DNA of 64,000 bases from the human T2T-CHM13v2.0 reference genome, Homo sapiens (GCF_009914755.1 NC_060940.1); one strand, 5' to 3'. Counted from the stretch's first letter, positions 1 to 16,881 are shown. A program made the numbers and translations. The notes: a model not told the origin generated them from the sequence alone.

Positions 1-66
1 TCTAATTTTTGGTTTGCATTTTTGTTGAGTTCATTACCTGGTAAACACTTATAAATACATGAATCA

Positions 67-396
<330 letters not shown>

Positions 397-445
<49 letters not shown>

Positions 446-451
446 TATATA
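397..451. repeat. (TA)n microsatellite at Alu tail
   Basis: About 27 TA units with one TG interruption. Confidence 0.95.
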
Positions 452-479
452 CTTCAGTTTGTCTTCCAATATGACTGAG

Positions 480-2085
480 AACCCTTTTACTATACTGAGC
501 CTGCCATAAATAATAACTATAAACTCCAAACAAAATAAAAACATAGCCACTTGAAGGCACTTGGAAACAAACAAACAAAACATGCATAGATACATGAAAA
601 GAATCATTATTTGAAAGAAGGGAATGACACTGGGTGAGTTTCCCATTTTCACAGCTTCTAGCTGATGGCAAGCACCCCAACATGCTATGCTGGGTGATTA
701 AAAGTCCAATGGAAAAACCGCAGTATGTTTTACCTAACAAACCAGAGGATAGAGATTGGGAGAATCATAGCTACAAAAAGTGAAAAGGGTTCCAAAAACA
801 GAGAAATAAGAGGAGGACTCTAGGTTTTGAATATAAACTTTACCTGAATCCCTGACTGACTGTTGAAATACCCATGCACAGGAAAGGCTACTAGCACGCA
901 AGCTACAGAGAAGATAAGTAAACTGAGGTTGGAGTTGTTTCCCAAAAGGTAAAGGTTACAGTTTGAGTTCAACAACCAACTTAATTTTCTGCTAAAACAG
1001 AAGAGTTATCAATAGGCTTTGGAGGAATTTAACAAAATTTAAAGTCTTGGCAACATAATATCAAAATAGCCTCAATACAATCCAAAATTATTTACCATAT
1101 TAAAAAAAGGCTAATATGATTGATGTGCACCAAAGAAAGACAATCAGTGGAGACAAACCTGGAGATGCTAAATAATTGGACATTTTTTAAAAAATTGTTT
1201 TAAAACAGCTATTATATTTATGCTCAGTGATGTAAGTAAACCTAGGTTTATAATAAATAAAAAGATAAGAAGTATCATCAGAGATACGTAAACTATTAAA
1301 ATGAAGAAAATTGATATTTTAGAAGTAAAAAAAATTTGAAATTAAAATTTACTGGATGAAATTAAGTTACATTAAAGATCATAAAGAGTTGGTAAACTTA
1401 AATATAGATCAGTGAAAAAGTATCCTATCTGTAAAACCTAGAAAAAAGTAAAAAGAAATTGAGTCTCAAGGGTCTGTAGGACAATATTGAAAGATCTAAC
1501 ATATGTGTAATTGAAGTCCCACTGAAAAGACGAGAAGGAATAGGGCATGGTAATTTTTTTAAGATCTAACGTCTATAAGTTTTGCACATTTGGAGGAAGA
1601 AATGAATTTACAGATTAAATACATATAGTGAAGCCCATTCAGAATAAATATAAAAATTTCATGTCCAGAAATACCGTAAATTGTTAAAAGCAAGAATAAA
1701 GAAGCTTAAAACCCGCCAGAGGAAAAATATGACATACAGGGAAATTATTATTGACTTCTCATTAGAAACAATGGAGACCAGAAGATGATGTAGTAACATT
1801 TTTAAATGTTGAAAGAAAACTAAAAATAATCCAAAATTATTTTAATATATACTTTAAAAATTAAGATAAAATATATGTATTTCCAGATAAAAGAAAACTA
1901 AGATAACCCATTGACAGCAGATGTCCAGTATAAAAAACCCTAAAGGAAGTTTCTCAGGGTGAAAACAAATGATGCCTGTTGGTAACTCAGTTTTTAGAAA
2001 AAGGGAGAAAAACACTGGAAATGATATTTAGGTAAACATAAATGACTATTTTCAACTTAATTTCTTAAAAATACCGGTTTCTTAA
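480..2085 (+). mobile_element. Ancient L1M fragment (5' region/ORF1 remnant)
   Basis: A-rich degenerate ORF1 motifs, e.g. tctaacatatgtgtaattgaagtccc and gacttctcattagaaacaatggagaccagaaga; boundaries approximate. Confidence 0.7.
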
Positions 2086-2098
2086 AAAAAAATAAAAA

Positions 2099-2636
2099 GA
2101 ACTTTTAGGTTCAGGAGTACATGTGCACGTTTGTTACATAGGGAAACTTGTGTCATGGAGGTTTGTTGTACCCAGGTATTAAGCCTAGTAACCATTAGTT
2201 ATTTTTCCTGAGCTTTCCCCCTCTCACCTTCCACCCTCCAAAAGGCCTCAGTGTGTGTTGTTCCCCTCTATGTGTCCATGTGTTCTTATCATTTAGCTCC
2301 CACTTATAAGTAAGAACATGCAGTATTTGGTTTTCTGTGCCTCTGTTAATTCACTTAGGATTATGGCCTCCAGCTCCATCCATGTCCCTGCAAAGGACAT
2401 GATCTCATTCTTTTTTATGGCTGCATAGTATTCCATGGTATATATGTACCACATTTTCTTTATCCAGTCTATCATTGACGGGCATCTGGGTTGATTCCAC
2501 GTCTTTGGTATCATTAATAGTGCTGCAATGAACATACTCGTGCATGTGTCTTCATAATAGAATAGTTTATATTCCATGGGTTACATACCCAGTAATGGGA
2601 TTGCTGGGTCAAATAGTATCTGTTTTGAGGTCTTTA
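2099..2636 (-). mobile_element. L1PA (older, approx. PA10-13) 3' end
   Basis: ORF 2293..2577 is the ORF2 C-terminus ([21 protein letters not shown]), followed by L1PA 3'UTR. Confidence 0.9.
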
Positions 2637-2859
2637 GATAACAGATGCTTAGTAATTTGGAGTTGAATGAAAAAAATAGGGAGAGTAAAGAGAAAGTTGC
2701 ATCAAAGAGAAAAATGAGTGATGCTGGTTACTTTGATTCTGATGACCATTGTATTTGTAGAACTCAGACATGGTGATTTCATAATAAACCAAAGGGTCAT
2801 TTTAAAAGCCTGTCTTGTATGTCGACTAAATTCAAGGAACTTTGTAGATGTTCAGTATA

Positions 2860-3380
2860 TAGTGGTATTGAGCAGGACCCTGGCTTACAAACAGATGGCA
2901 CATTCAAAAAAGGGTGATGAAAAGCAGTTTAATGAATGTATTCCTTATATTGTGTTGGAAATCAGTCAACAGGGGATGCAAGAGTATCCTGAAGCAAGCA
3001 ACAAGGGGAATGCCATTATCACCCCTAGATTACTCCACCAGGGAAAAGTGAGGAAAGTCACTGCTAAAGCCTGATGAGAGCTGTAGTTGTGCAATGAGCC
3101 TGTCTGGTGGAAGCTGTGGTCTTGGTTAGAGGAACCCAGCTATACTAATGAACATAAAACCATAGTAAACATTCTAAACCATAGTCTAGGAGGAAGAAAA
3201 CTGGGAAATAAACATTGTAGCATCTCTCTCCTCTCCTACTTCATCTGATCTCCCACCAGTCCCTCCCATGGGCTTAACTAAACTAGGGGCTAGAAGGCAA
3301 GGAAGCCCAATTGGTGCAGCCTCTTAGGGCTTCAGTGAACAAAGCAAAGTGGGGATGGTTAGAAGGCAGATCCTTTCAAC
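2860..3380. mobile_element. Probable ancient LTR remnant
   Basis: acagatggcacattcaaa and ctaggggctagaaggcaaggaagccc resemble old mammalian LTRs; family not determined. Confidence 0.35.
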
Positions 3381-4022
3381 AAATGGGGGAGAAGGAGAAC
3401 ACAGCAGACAAAGCCCCTATCTTTTCAATATCTGTAGTCGAGTTGTTAAATAACAGGACAACCATAGGCTTGGTCTTTATCACCAACACCTCAAATCACC
3501 CCCACGAAGTGATCTTGCTTGAACTATTCTATAAAACCAACATTGATTCCCTAATTATGAGCATTTTCAAATGCACAATCAAGCAGGGTGTGACCTTAAC
3601 ATCTCCAACCTAGGGATGCTTCATCACCAAAGAGACAGGCTGAGAAATATAAACGTAATTTGCCTAGGGTTACATGGTTAGTTATTGTGAGGACCAGGAT
3701 TGGAACCAAATTTTCTGAACTTAATCTCACCAGCATTTCTTCCATTACAACTTTAAACATAAAAGTTTAAATGTGAAATGCAGGCATCTTATTTTGGTTC
3801 CCAGCGAAGTCTCTTGCAGCCTGGTTTTAGAGCATTTTACCACGTCTAGTACGTTTCCTCCGGCTCCAGTTGGATCTGCAACAAGTGTCTGCTTCCCAAG
3901 CATAGAGCACAGGCACGATGTTACATCCCGGTCGGTTTCTCAAAATCATTAACGTGCTCCTAAGAGCAACAATGCAATGAGTGTTTTTAAAATACCAGAC
4001 ACTGAAAAACACCTCTAAAAAA

Positions 4023-4480
<458 letters not shown>

Positions 4481-4786
4481 CCTTGGGGGTAAGTGAACTG
4501 AAGCCATGCCTGACCTTGGTGGCTGGTGATGTATTAGCACCAGGCTGATGGAGTGGGAGCCAATTCATAATTTATCTCTGTAAAAAAATGCTTCCTGTAT
4601 TGTGCCCCTGACAACTGAACCCTTTAGCAGCATCGAGGGGAATTACGTTGGAAGAAAAATGGCATGTCTGTGAATACTACATTGTCTTCGGGTCCACTAA
4701 ATTGATTTTTATTTTGAGAGATAAAATATTTCCAGGAGTGCTGTCTGCATTGGCAGGATGCCAGGGACAGTTGAACTTTTCCTTCA

Positions 4787-5395
<609 letters not shown>

Positions 5396-5429
5396 TCATA
5401 AATCAAAAAAAAAACTTGGCAAGAATACC

Positions 5430-6080
<651 letters not shown>

Positions 6081-6099
6081 AGTTGTTTTCAGCCCATCT

Positions 6100-6242
6100 T
6101 TGAATTACTTGTAGAAAACGTTAAATCTGCTGATACCTAAAACCCCTACTCAGAAACCCAATACAATTGATCTGGAATAAGCACTGTGCAACAATTTTCA
6201 AAACTCCCCCAGTGACTCTGATGTGTAGCTGAGAAACTATAG
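6100..6242. mobile_element. MER5-like hAT DNA transposon remnant
   Basis: aaactccccagtgactctgatgtgtagctgagaaacta resembles a MER5 terminus. Confidence 0.45.
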
Positions 6243-6252
6243 CACAAGAACT

Positions 6253-6511
6253 CAGCACAGGAGAAATAAAGTAACCCAGAAAGAGGGAGCTTTGCTTTTA
6301 TCAAGAGAAATTAGGTGCCAGGAGCAGTGGCTCACACCTGTAATCCCAGCACTTTGGGAGGCCGATGCGGATGGATCACTTGATATCAGGAGTTCGAAAC
6401 CAGCCTGGCCAATGTGAAGAAACCCCATCTCTGCTAACGATACAAAAATTACCTGGGCATGGTGGAGCGCACCTGTAACCCCAGCTACTCGGGAGACTGA
6501 GGCATGAGGAT
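6253..6511 (+). repeat. Local direct duplication of 4935..5190 (unique flank plus partial Alu)
   Basis: About 60 bp non-Alu flank plus ~195 bp Alu sharing private variants; ~92% identity by hand count. Confidence 0.92.
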
Positions 6512-6568
6512 ACATCGTATCAGCAAGCAAGCTCACTGAAACAATGAAGTCACTTAATATTGGTGGGG

Positions 6569-6867
6569 TTTTTGTTTTTGTTTTCGTTTTTGTTTTGAGG
6601 TGGAGTCTCGCTCTGTCGCCCAGGCTGCAGTGCAGTGGTGCGATTTTGGTTGACTGCAGCCTCTGCCTCCCAAGTTCAAGTAATTCTCATGTCTCAGCAT
6701 CGCAAGTAGCTGGGATTACAGGTGCCCACCACCACGCCCGACAATTTTTTATATTTTTAGTAGAGATGGGGTTTCACCATGTTGGCCAGGCTGGTCTCGA
6801 ACACCTGACCTCAGCTGATCCACCTGCCTCAGCCTCTCAAAAGTGCTGGTATTACAGGCGTGAGCCA
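6569..6867 (-). mobile_element. Alu (AluS)
   Basis: Antisense Alu with (GTTTTT)n tail; flanks aatattggtg/aataatggtg. Confidence 0.95.
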
Positions 6868-7916
6868 AATAATGGTGTTTATCTTCATAATACTCTACAC
6901 ATCACGCTACCCTCTTATAAGAAAAGGTCCAAATCCCTCTATAGATGAAGACTTGCTGAATTGTTTCTAGCAGCCAAGATATAAGGTTGACTTTTAGACA
7001 TCAACTTATGCAGGAAGTGTTAATATTTCATCTTGGTGGCTCTGTAATATTTCAGGCCCATCCAACTGTCCTCGAGGCAACATTCAGAAAGAGCAATCTG
7101 AGTGACCAAGAGGGAGATTTTCTGTCACTGATAAAATATAACACACCAGCCCCACATCAAGCCTGAGTGCATTTTTACCACTGGAGCAAGCAGAGACCAC
7201 CAGAAACCTAAACATTCATTCTCTAAAATAACTACTCCCACATTTTAACGGGACTCATCAGCAGAATAGAGCAGTTTTCATATTAACCATTCTGACAGAA
7301 AAAGCATCCATTTTTGTAGGGCAACAGACACTGACTACAAGATTATTCTATCACCCATCTTTAATCAGTCAAATGGGAAAAGTCTTTACTAAGGGCAATT
7401 GAGGAAAAGAAACTATTCATTGCCTAATTTATAAGCAGCATGGCTTTCAAAGGGTTTCCATTCATGGAGACCATGTTTTTATTAAAGCAGATTTAAATAT
7501 AAATAAAATACAGCTAAACATCTAGGGAAATGGACTCATTGCCCATTCATTGGCCTTCCCCTGGACTCAGAAAGTCAGAATAGAAAAATGGGTCTCAAAG
7601 TTCTATTTACCAGTACATAGTTGGTAGGAAAATAAATACTAGGAGAAAGCAACAGAATTACCTAACGAGTCCTTCCACAATTAAAAATGTACATACTATT
7701 TCATGAATGAAAATGTACTATTGATTTATAAATTATAAAGTAATATATAACAGTATACCAGTCAATCACTAGAGACAGGATGCCATTGAAGGTTTCAATA
7801 TTGAAACCTTTCTCGTGTAGCCTACCTTTAATGCATCCTCTTACATTCAGCCTCAAGATTTTGAATTTTGTGATGATCACATCCTCACTTTTCTTTAAAA
7901 TTTTACCAGATGCTGC

Positions 7917-8367
7917 TTTTTCTTTTTTGTTTTTTTTTTCTATTTTATTTTACTTTAAGTTCTGTGATACATGTGCAGAACGTGTAGGTGTACATGTAGT
8001 ATGTACACATAGATGTACATGTGCCATGGTGGATTGCTGCACCTGTCAACCCGCCATCTAGGTTTTAAGCCCTCCATGCATTAGGTATTTGTCCTAACAC
8101 TCTTCCACCCCTTGCTCCCCCACCCCCCAACAGGCCCCGGTGTTTGGTGGTCCCCTCTCTGTGCCCATGTGTTCTCACTGTTCAAGTCTCACTTATGAGT
8201 AAGACCATGCAGTGTTTGGTTTTCTGTTCTTGTGTTAGTTTACTGAGAATGATGGCTTCCAGCTTCATCCATGTCCCTACAAAGGACATGAACTTATTCT
8301 TTTTTATGGCTGCATAGTATTCCATGGTGTATATGTGCCACATTTTCTTTATCCAGTCTATCATTGA
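7917..8367 (-). mobile_element. L1PA (approx. PA8) 3' end, 5'-truncated
   Basis: ORF2 C-terminus in ORF 8182..8364; 3'UTR; TSD tgctttttc. Confidence 0.9.
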
Positions 8368-9338
8368 AGTGCTTTTTCAATATGTCATTTATTTTTCAAG
8401 TTTGGGAATAATATATAAAAGAAATCATACTGTACATAATATTTTAATATTTGTTTTTGTTTTATTTCTTGCTCAAAGTATTTTGTGAGATGTATTTATG
8501 ATGTGTGCAGATATTGTTTATTTTTGTTTCTGCATAATATTCCCTGGTATGAATATGCCCCAATTTATTTACCTGTTTGGCTATTGTTGGATTTGTTGGA
8601 TGTTAGCAGTTTTGTTGTTCTTTTCTTTTTAGATGTCCTGCTGGAAGCAATGGAACTAACAATGTTGAAGAGGTTCCTTAGTGCATATTCCTAGAAATGG
8701 AATTGCTGGTCTCTAGGACATAAATTACTTTAACAATATTACATAATCATGAATGCATTCTAAAACCGTTGCAATGCTAACAGCAAGCAGGCGTATGCAC
8801 GTACCCATTCTTCACATCCATATTTTCAGACTTTGCGATTTGGCAAAACTGGTATATATGAGTATTTTTTATTGTGGTTTTAATTTACATTTTTCTGATT
8901 ACCAATGAAAATAAGCGTCTTTTTCTATTTTATTGGCCATTTGTCCTTTATCTTCTGTGGAGGCTGTTTTATGGATTTTGCCTATTTTATTATTGGTTGT
9001 TTGGTATTCCTTACTGAGTTTAGGGGACTTTTTAATGTAAACTGTCACCAACATTTTATGAGTCATATGTGTTGTTAATAACTTCAGTAGTTTGCAATAT
9101 GCTTTCAGTTTTGTCGGTTAGATCTGTGTCTCATAAACAAAACTTCAAATTTGGGCATAGTCAAATTTATCAATCTTTGTCTCTGTGGCTATGATTTTAA
9201 TGCCTGGATTAAGAAATTCTGTCTTATCTAGATGTCATAAAAAAGACATTCTTCTGTATTTTTCACTCTTAAAGTTTTAAAAATTTAGTTTTTTATATTT
9301 AAACATCTAATTCCCTTGAAAACATTGAAAGATGCAGC

Positions 9339-9341
<3 letters not shown>

Positions 9342-9383
<42 letters not shown>
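9342..9383. repeat. (CT)n microsatellite
   Basis: About 20 perfect TC units. Confidence 0.95.
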
Positions 9384-9385
<2 letters not shown>

Positions 9386-10369
9386 CTATACTCTGTTGTG
9401 CTATTGAGCTGACATTGGTTATTAAAGATGCTCTCCTTTCTTCACTGATACACAGTTGCTAATCTCTTTCACAGATAGTTTTCATAACCTGTAGGTGTTT
9501 TTATCTAGACACTTGTTTTTCTCTAATTTATTCTGATCCATTGCTCTGTTTGTACATCTCTATACCACACTCACACTGCCTTATTATACTTTTACATTAG
9601 GTCTAATTGAGTTTGGCAAGAATTCCACTTTTTATTTCATCTAGGAATGTCTTTGGCTATTTTTGGTCCTTTGTTCCTTGATATAAAACTTAAAATCATT
9701 TTATAAGTTCCACAAAAAGATGCTGTTCAGCTTTACTGGCAATTGAATTGGATCTTTTGATCAGTTTGGGGAAAAACTGGTGTTTTTCTGACATTATTAA
9801 ATCTTCCTGGAACATGGAATATTTATCCATTTACTTAATTATTCTTTAAGTTTTTTCAATAAAGCTCAAATTTTCTCAAAATGATCTTGCCCGTATTTAG
9901 TTAGACTTACCCTTTGGAGCTTTGACTATTTATTCTATTTTTAAAATTTCTTTTATTTTCGTCTCTGTGACTAATTGAACTTCTTACTCACCCTACCCCA
10001 ATTTTTTCCCTCCTTTTCTAGTTTGTAAGTTATGTCCTCTATTTCAACTGCATCAGTATTTATTCCAGAATTTATTGCAGGCACACTTGATAAAATCTAA
10101 ATATTATCTCTATTTTTGATTTTCTACTAAATATTATATAAAACATAGAATGCATGAACTTGAATAACTTTCCTCCTAATTTATAGTATATCTTTATCAA
10201 ATAGTTTTGGTCAATTTTGTTCATTTTTAACCTTACAAACGGGTATTATTTATATTGTTTTATAGCAACAATATTGTTGATATGTTTACCATTTTCTTTG
10301 ATCACCATCTTTTCCTTGCTTCTAGGATCAAGTGAGTTATGAAGACAAAGAAGTGCTGTAGCTTTTGCT

Positions 10370-10650
10370 TCATTTGTTCACTCATTTATTTTACAAATAT
10401 ATTTTTATAACCTATTGGGTCAGGCACTGTGCTAGATGCTAGAAAATAAATTAGGAGCAAACAGCCCAAGTCTTCTTCTAACTTGCATTCTGGTGGAAGA
10501 GGAGACACTAATCACACAAATACAACATTACACTGAGATGAGGCTCTCTGATGGAATGGTACCAGAGTTATGGGAGTAAATGACTGGGGTTGGGGATCTC
10601 ACTTGGTCTGGGACTCAGAAACAAGTTAGATTAATATGAAAGAGGAAGGT
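10370..10650 (-). mobile_element. L2 3' fragment
   Basis: ttcactcatttatt...caggcactgtgctagatgct. Confidence 0.65.
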
Positions 10651-10875
10651 CTTACCTAAGTAAACAGGACAAGGAGTGTACAAAATATGAAATAGTGGGA
10701 AAAAAATTGGGGCCAATTACAACCAAACAAACAACATTCCAAAATCCTATATAAGAAAAGAAAAACATGGAGTATTTGGAAAACAAAAAGAAAGCCCCAT
10801 GGGTGGCACATATATGGAAGGGGGAAAGGACCACACAGGAAGGATGAGACAATCCTACGTCTAAACTTAGATCTG

Positions 10876-11177
10876 GGCCGGGTACGGTGGCTCACGCCAG
10901 TAATCCCAGCACTTTGGGAGGCCGAGGCGGGCAGATCACCTGAGGTTAGGAGTTCGAGACCAGCCTGGCCAACATGGTGAAACCCCATCTCTACTAAAAA
11001 TACAAAAATTAGCCAGGCATGGTGGCAAGAGCCTGTAATCCCACCTACTCAGTAGGCTGAGGCAGGAGAATCACCTGAACCCAGGATGTAAAGGTTGCAG
11101 TGAGCAGAGACTGCACCACTGCACTCTAGTGTGGGTGACAAGAGTGAAACTCCATCTCAAATAAATAAATAAACAAA
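10876..11177 (+). mobile_element. Alu (AluSq/Sx)
   Basis: Full dimer, (TAAA)n tail. Confidence 0.95.
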
Positions 11178-11931
11178 CTGCGACCCATTATCCTCAGATT
11201 TCCTCTCTACTCAGTATTATTCTCATTTCACAAACAGGGTGCTTGATGTTCAGAAATGCTTAGCATCAGGTGTGAGTTCCAACAGCTAGCAATTGATCAA
11301 CCTGAAGTTTGAATGTATTCATCCTGTTTCCAAAGCCTATTCCCATTCTGTCTATTTGCACCACCCTGTCCCCCAGGCTGAAGAATTTGAACTTGAGCTG
11401 GGAGATATTTGATAGTTATTGAGGCAACAAGGTACCTGATGGAAGGTTCTTAGGTTTGTTGTTTTGTTTGTTTGACGTTTTGTTTTTAAGCAAAATTGAC
11501 CTGGCAATGGTGGGCCGGAATCATTCATCTTTATATGCTTTGCTACCAAATGGTTTCTCATGCCTAAAATTATCCCCATCATGTCCAACTTGCTTACCTT
11601 CCCCAATAAGTTCACCCTAATTATTTGAAATGGCATAAATGATGCTCTCCTCTCTAATCAGAACTGGTTGGTAAATATCTCTATCCAATCCCTCAACAGT
11701 TGGTGTTTCAGGCAGATAGCAACAAAATTAACATATTGATAAACCAACCAGTGAAATCCGCCTAATTTTGTTGCTTGGAAGGCTGTGAAGCGTTTTAGGA
11801 AACAAGTGAGAGAGCCCAAAAGCTCATGATTTAAATTTTTAGCCATTATTACATAAGCTATAATGGGGTCAGGTAGACATCCTAGTTTTCTCTCCTATAT
11901 CTGCAGATGAGAATTTTTCAAATGCAAAGGT

Positions 11932-12260
11932 GGCCAGATGTGGTGGCTCATGCCTATAATCCCAGAGTTTTTGGAGGCTGAGGAGAGCGGATTACCTGAG
12001 GTCGGGAGTTCAAGTCCAGCCTGACCAACATAGAGAAACCCCATCTCTACTAAAAATGCACACAAAAAAATTACAAAATTAGCTGGGTGTGGTGGCGCAT
12101 GCCTGTAATCCCAGCTACTGGGGGGGCTAAGGCAGGAGGATCACTTGAACCTGGGAGTCAGAGGTTGTGGTAAGCCGAGATTGCGCCATTGCATTCCAGC
12201 CTGGGCCACAAGAGCAAAACTCCATCTGAAAAAAAAAAAAGAAAGAAAGAAAGAAAAGAA
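11932..12260 (+). mobile_element. Alu (AluSp/Sq-like)
   Basis: Full dimer with expanded middle A-rich linker. Confidence 0.95.
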
Positions 12261-13108
12261 TAGAAATATTGTCTTCCCAGAAATCTGTACCAATTTGCCA
12301 TCCTAACAGGAGCATATGTATGCCTATTTTACAACACCCTTCTCACCATATTAGAGCATCATCTTTCAAACAAACATTATTGATTGAATAAGTAAAATGT
12401 AATTCCACTGCTTTTGTAATTAACATTTTTTTCTTGGGTTATGAGTGAGGTTGATGTTTTTCTGTAAGTTTCTTGAGTAGTTGTAATTCTACTTTCGTGA
12501 TACATTAATGTCTATACTTTTCTGGTTTATCTGTTTTGTATGTCTTGATTAATTTGGAGGAACTTTTTATATAATAAACACAACAATCCTTTCCCATATT
12601 GTTACACTTCTTTCCATTTATTTTTTGCCTCTGGTTTTGTTCATGCACTTTAATTATTAGTATTTTAACAAATAGTCATTTGTTAGTTGATTTTATTTCC
12701 TTGCATGTATTAAATAATAGTCAGTATCTGAGGTTATTTTTTCTCTCCAGCAAAGTAAATAAAATGATAATTATGAAGAGATTGAATGTGGTTATGATAT
12801 TACAATAGTGTCAAGCCAGTTTTGGAAGTAGGGAATGTCCTACCAGACATATGACCCTACTAGGTCATATATATCAAGTCCTGACACAGTGGATGTGTGG
12901 CTCACTTCAGCTTTTGTGGAAAGGGGAGCTTAGAGAAAGTCTGGTCAATTCAGAATATGTATTTGGGCTCACTGACCCTGTCTCTAGACATCTCACATTC
13001 ATGCTAGGTTTCTTAATTTAAAAAGCCTACACTTGCCATGTCTTATTCCACTAGAGCACCGTTTTAAACATATTAGCTTAGGTAATCCTCAAACAACCTT
13101 ATGAAGAG

Positions 13109-13531
13109 TGTATTAGTCAGAGTTCTCCAGAAAAACTGAACCAATAGGATGTATATATAAATATATAAGAGCACATTTATTTTAAGGAATAGGCTCATGC
13201 AATGATGGAGGCTGGAGAGTCCAAGATTTGCAGGGTGGGAGGTCTGATTGGAGACCCAGGAAGAACCAAGGCCACAGTTGAAGTCCAAAGGCCATCTGCT
13301 GCAGAATTTTCTCTTGCTCAGAGAAAGTCAATCTTTTGTTCTAGTCTGGCCTTCATCTGACTGGATGAGGGCCTGCCTACATGATAGAGGACAATCTGTT
13401 TGACTCCAATCCACTGATTTAAATGCTAATCTCATCCAAAAACACCCTCACAGAAACATCCAGAACAATGTTTGAACAAATATCTGAGCATTGTGGTCCA
13501 GCCAAGTTGGTACAGAAAATTAAGAATCACA
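13109..13531 (-). mobile_element. MLT2B-type solo LTR (ERVL), inserted in a MIR
   Basis: tgtattagtcagagttctccaga...aatctcatccaaaaacaccctcacagaaacatccagaa...aatcaca termini. Confidence 0.85.
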
Positions 13532-13532
13532 A

Positions 13533-13825
<293 letters not shown>

Positions 13826-14919
13826 TTAAGCATCACAGAGAGGTACTTTTATTATTTCCATTTTATAGAGGACAAAGTTGCAGCACTCATAAGTTAAGCG
13901 GCGGATACAATTTTAGAATCAGACCTTCACTCAGGCAGCTGGGATCTTCACCACAGAAGTAGCATTCACCCTGCTCTACAAAGTCCCTGGGATGTTAGTC
14001 AAGTTGATGTGTGTAAAAGGTTTAGTTTAATATCTGACAAAAAGTAACTGTCCAATACAGGTTTTTCAATAATAAAATCTCACCAAATCTAATTTCTGGA
14101 TTTGCATAGAGTCAGGAAAGATCTCTTTCTCAAAAGAGTCAAATCCATAGCAGCTCTGCCTTTAATAATCATGTAAAATGCAACCGTTTCTGATTTCCTT
14201 GATTAGAATTTATATTAATATCACTTATTATCCTGGTTCAATTAAAAATCCCAAAGCTGGGGAATATACGCGTGTGGGTTCTTAACTGAAAGACTTAATT
14301 TTACGTTAAGGTTTTCCTTCCATTTTTATTTCTATGATCTTCATCATTCAAGAAGTTTTTGTCTGATCAGAAGCATAGACACTGGTCTATGAAACCTAAT
14401 TCCTGCCCTCTCATTTAGCAGCTAGGTGGCATTAGCTATATGAGGCATGAATGTGCCCATTTCTGAAACGGGAATGTGACCACCCACTGTTGCAGGATGA
14501 TGGGTTAATCATTAAAGCACTCTTCCCAAGCAAATGTGAATACAAATGAATGGTGTTACATAAAGACTTTATCCAAAAGGCAGATAATCCTCATGCCTAT
14601 GGGGCTGCACTAAACATTACAGAAGAAATTTGAAATTTAAAAAAAAGTTAATTCTGTCTGAATAGGTACTATATTAATAATAACAAATGATAATTCTAGA
14701 TTGCCAGATTTAGGGTAATTATTTTAATTGCATGTTTCACCATCTCGATGATAGTCCTGGGTGTTTAAATAAGTTTTCAATTAGTATTTCGAGGAAGTGC
14801 CAAGAAAATTGTTCTCTAAGCGTTAAATTTCTTTCCCTTCTTTCATAATAATTTCCCTTTGTTTTCCCTTTTAATTTTAGGTTTTAAAATATCTGTACCT
14901 CTGGCAGAGTGAATACAGT

Positions 14920-15130
14920 GACAATGACAGTAAAGGCAACAATTTGGGGATGAACTTTGGCTCTGCTACTCAGGTAGATAGGAGTTTGACTTCTTGGTGC
15001 CTCAGTTTCTTCATGTGTCAAATTCGAAAGGATACCTATTAAACGGGATTGTAGTAAGGATTCAATATGACAAGTCACATGAAATTATTGGCATGGTGCC
15101 TGACACATAGAAGTTCTATGCAATCTACCT
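14920..15130. mobile_element. MIR
   Basis: gtgcctcagtttcttcat...ggcatggtgcctgacacatag. Confidence 0.7.
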
Positions 15131-15233
15131 CTCATTACCAATGGCAAGAACATCATTTTGAAGAGTGCAAAGCTATTTTAGGCACCATATATGATTGTAT
15201 CCTCACACCAACCCTACAAGTTGCAGATTATTA

Positions 15234-15650
<417 letters not shown>

Positions 15651-16395
15651 GAAACGAGCTTCGTCTCACTTGGCTTCAAGTGTCTTCACACTGGAGCCTG
15701 TCCTTCTGATTCCAAGTTTCATGTTTTTTTTACTGAGCTATGGAGTTTACCAATGTACATATTTTGTATTAGAGATCTTCCTAAGAACAATTTCGGTGAA
15801 AAAGGATGTGAAACAAATCAGAAATAATTCATAATAGCTTACAGTCACACCAGGCACTACACCAGGAGTTACTTACTTTAATCTTCCCAACCACCGTACA
15901 GTTTAGTTTTTGTTCTTCCCATTTGTAAATGATGAAACTAAGGCTCAGCTACTGTCACACAAAAAAAGGTTTCACATCCAGAAGCTTGTGAATTGAAGCC
16001 TGTATTTTTTGCTGTAAGTGTTTAAAGGAAATCAAGAATGATGGTCAGAGATGAAAGGTGCAGCCCAAAATGCAAACACAAATATCTCTCAGCCTCACCT
16101 TCCTCAGGGGCACGATACGAGGCATTCACGGGTAGCGCCTGGCAAAAGCAACGATCAACTTGTGAGATGTGGGCAATACAGATGTTTTAAGATGCTTGAA
16201 AAAGATTTTCCGTGAGGATAGACCTGAGTTGGAAATGCAAAGCTGAACCTCTCTGCACACCAGGGAGGGAAAGATGGCAACAGCGGATCATCGTTTCTCT
16301 CTTGGTATGGAGCAATTTGCAAGCTGGAAGTGAAGTTGGCTTGGAAAGGGAGAGAGATAACAAGGGAAAAAATATTCAATTTGAAGTTGCCTTCA

Positions 16396-16851
<456 letters not shown>

Positions 16852-16881
16852 TCACTATCTCAGGAAACAAAATTCCTAATG

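Larger units (their letters stand above)
7780..10320 (-). mobile_element. Ancient L1M (L1ME-like) fragments
   Basis: T-rich antisense L1 3'/ORF2 motifs, e.g. attgtggttttaatttacatttttctgattaccaatga; interrupted by an L1PA and (CT)n. Confidence 0.7.

Noticed and set aside
7989-8010. Short hairpin gtgtacat-gtagt-atgtacac inside an L1PA 3'UTR
   Set aside because: 8-bp stem in an already palindrome-rich L1 segment; trivial local mutation
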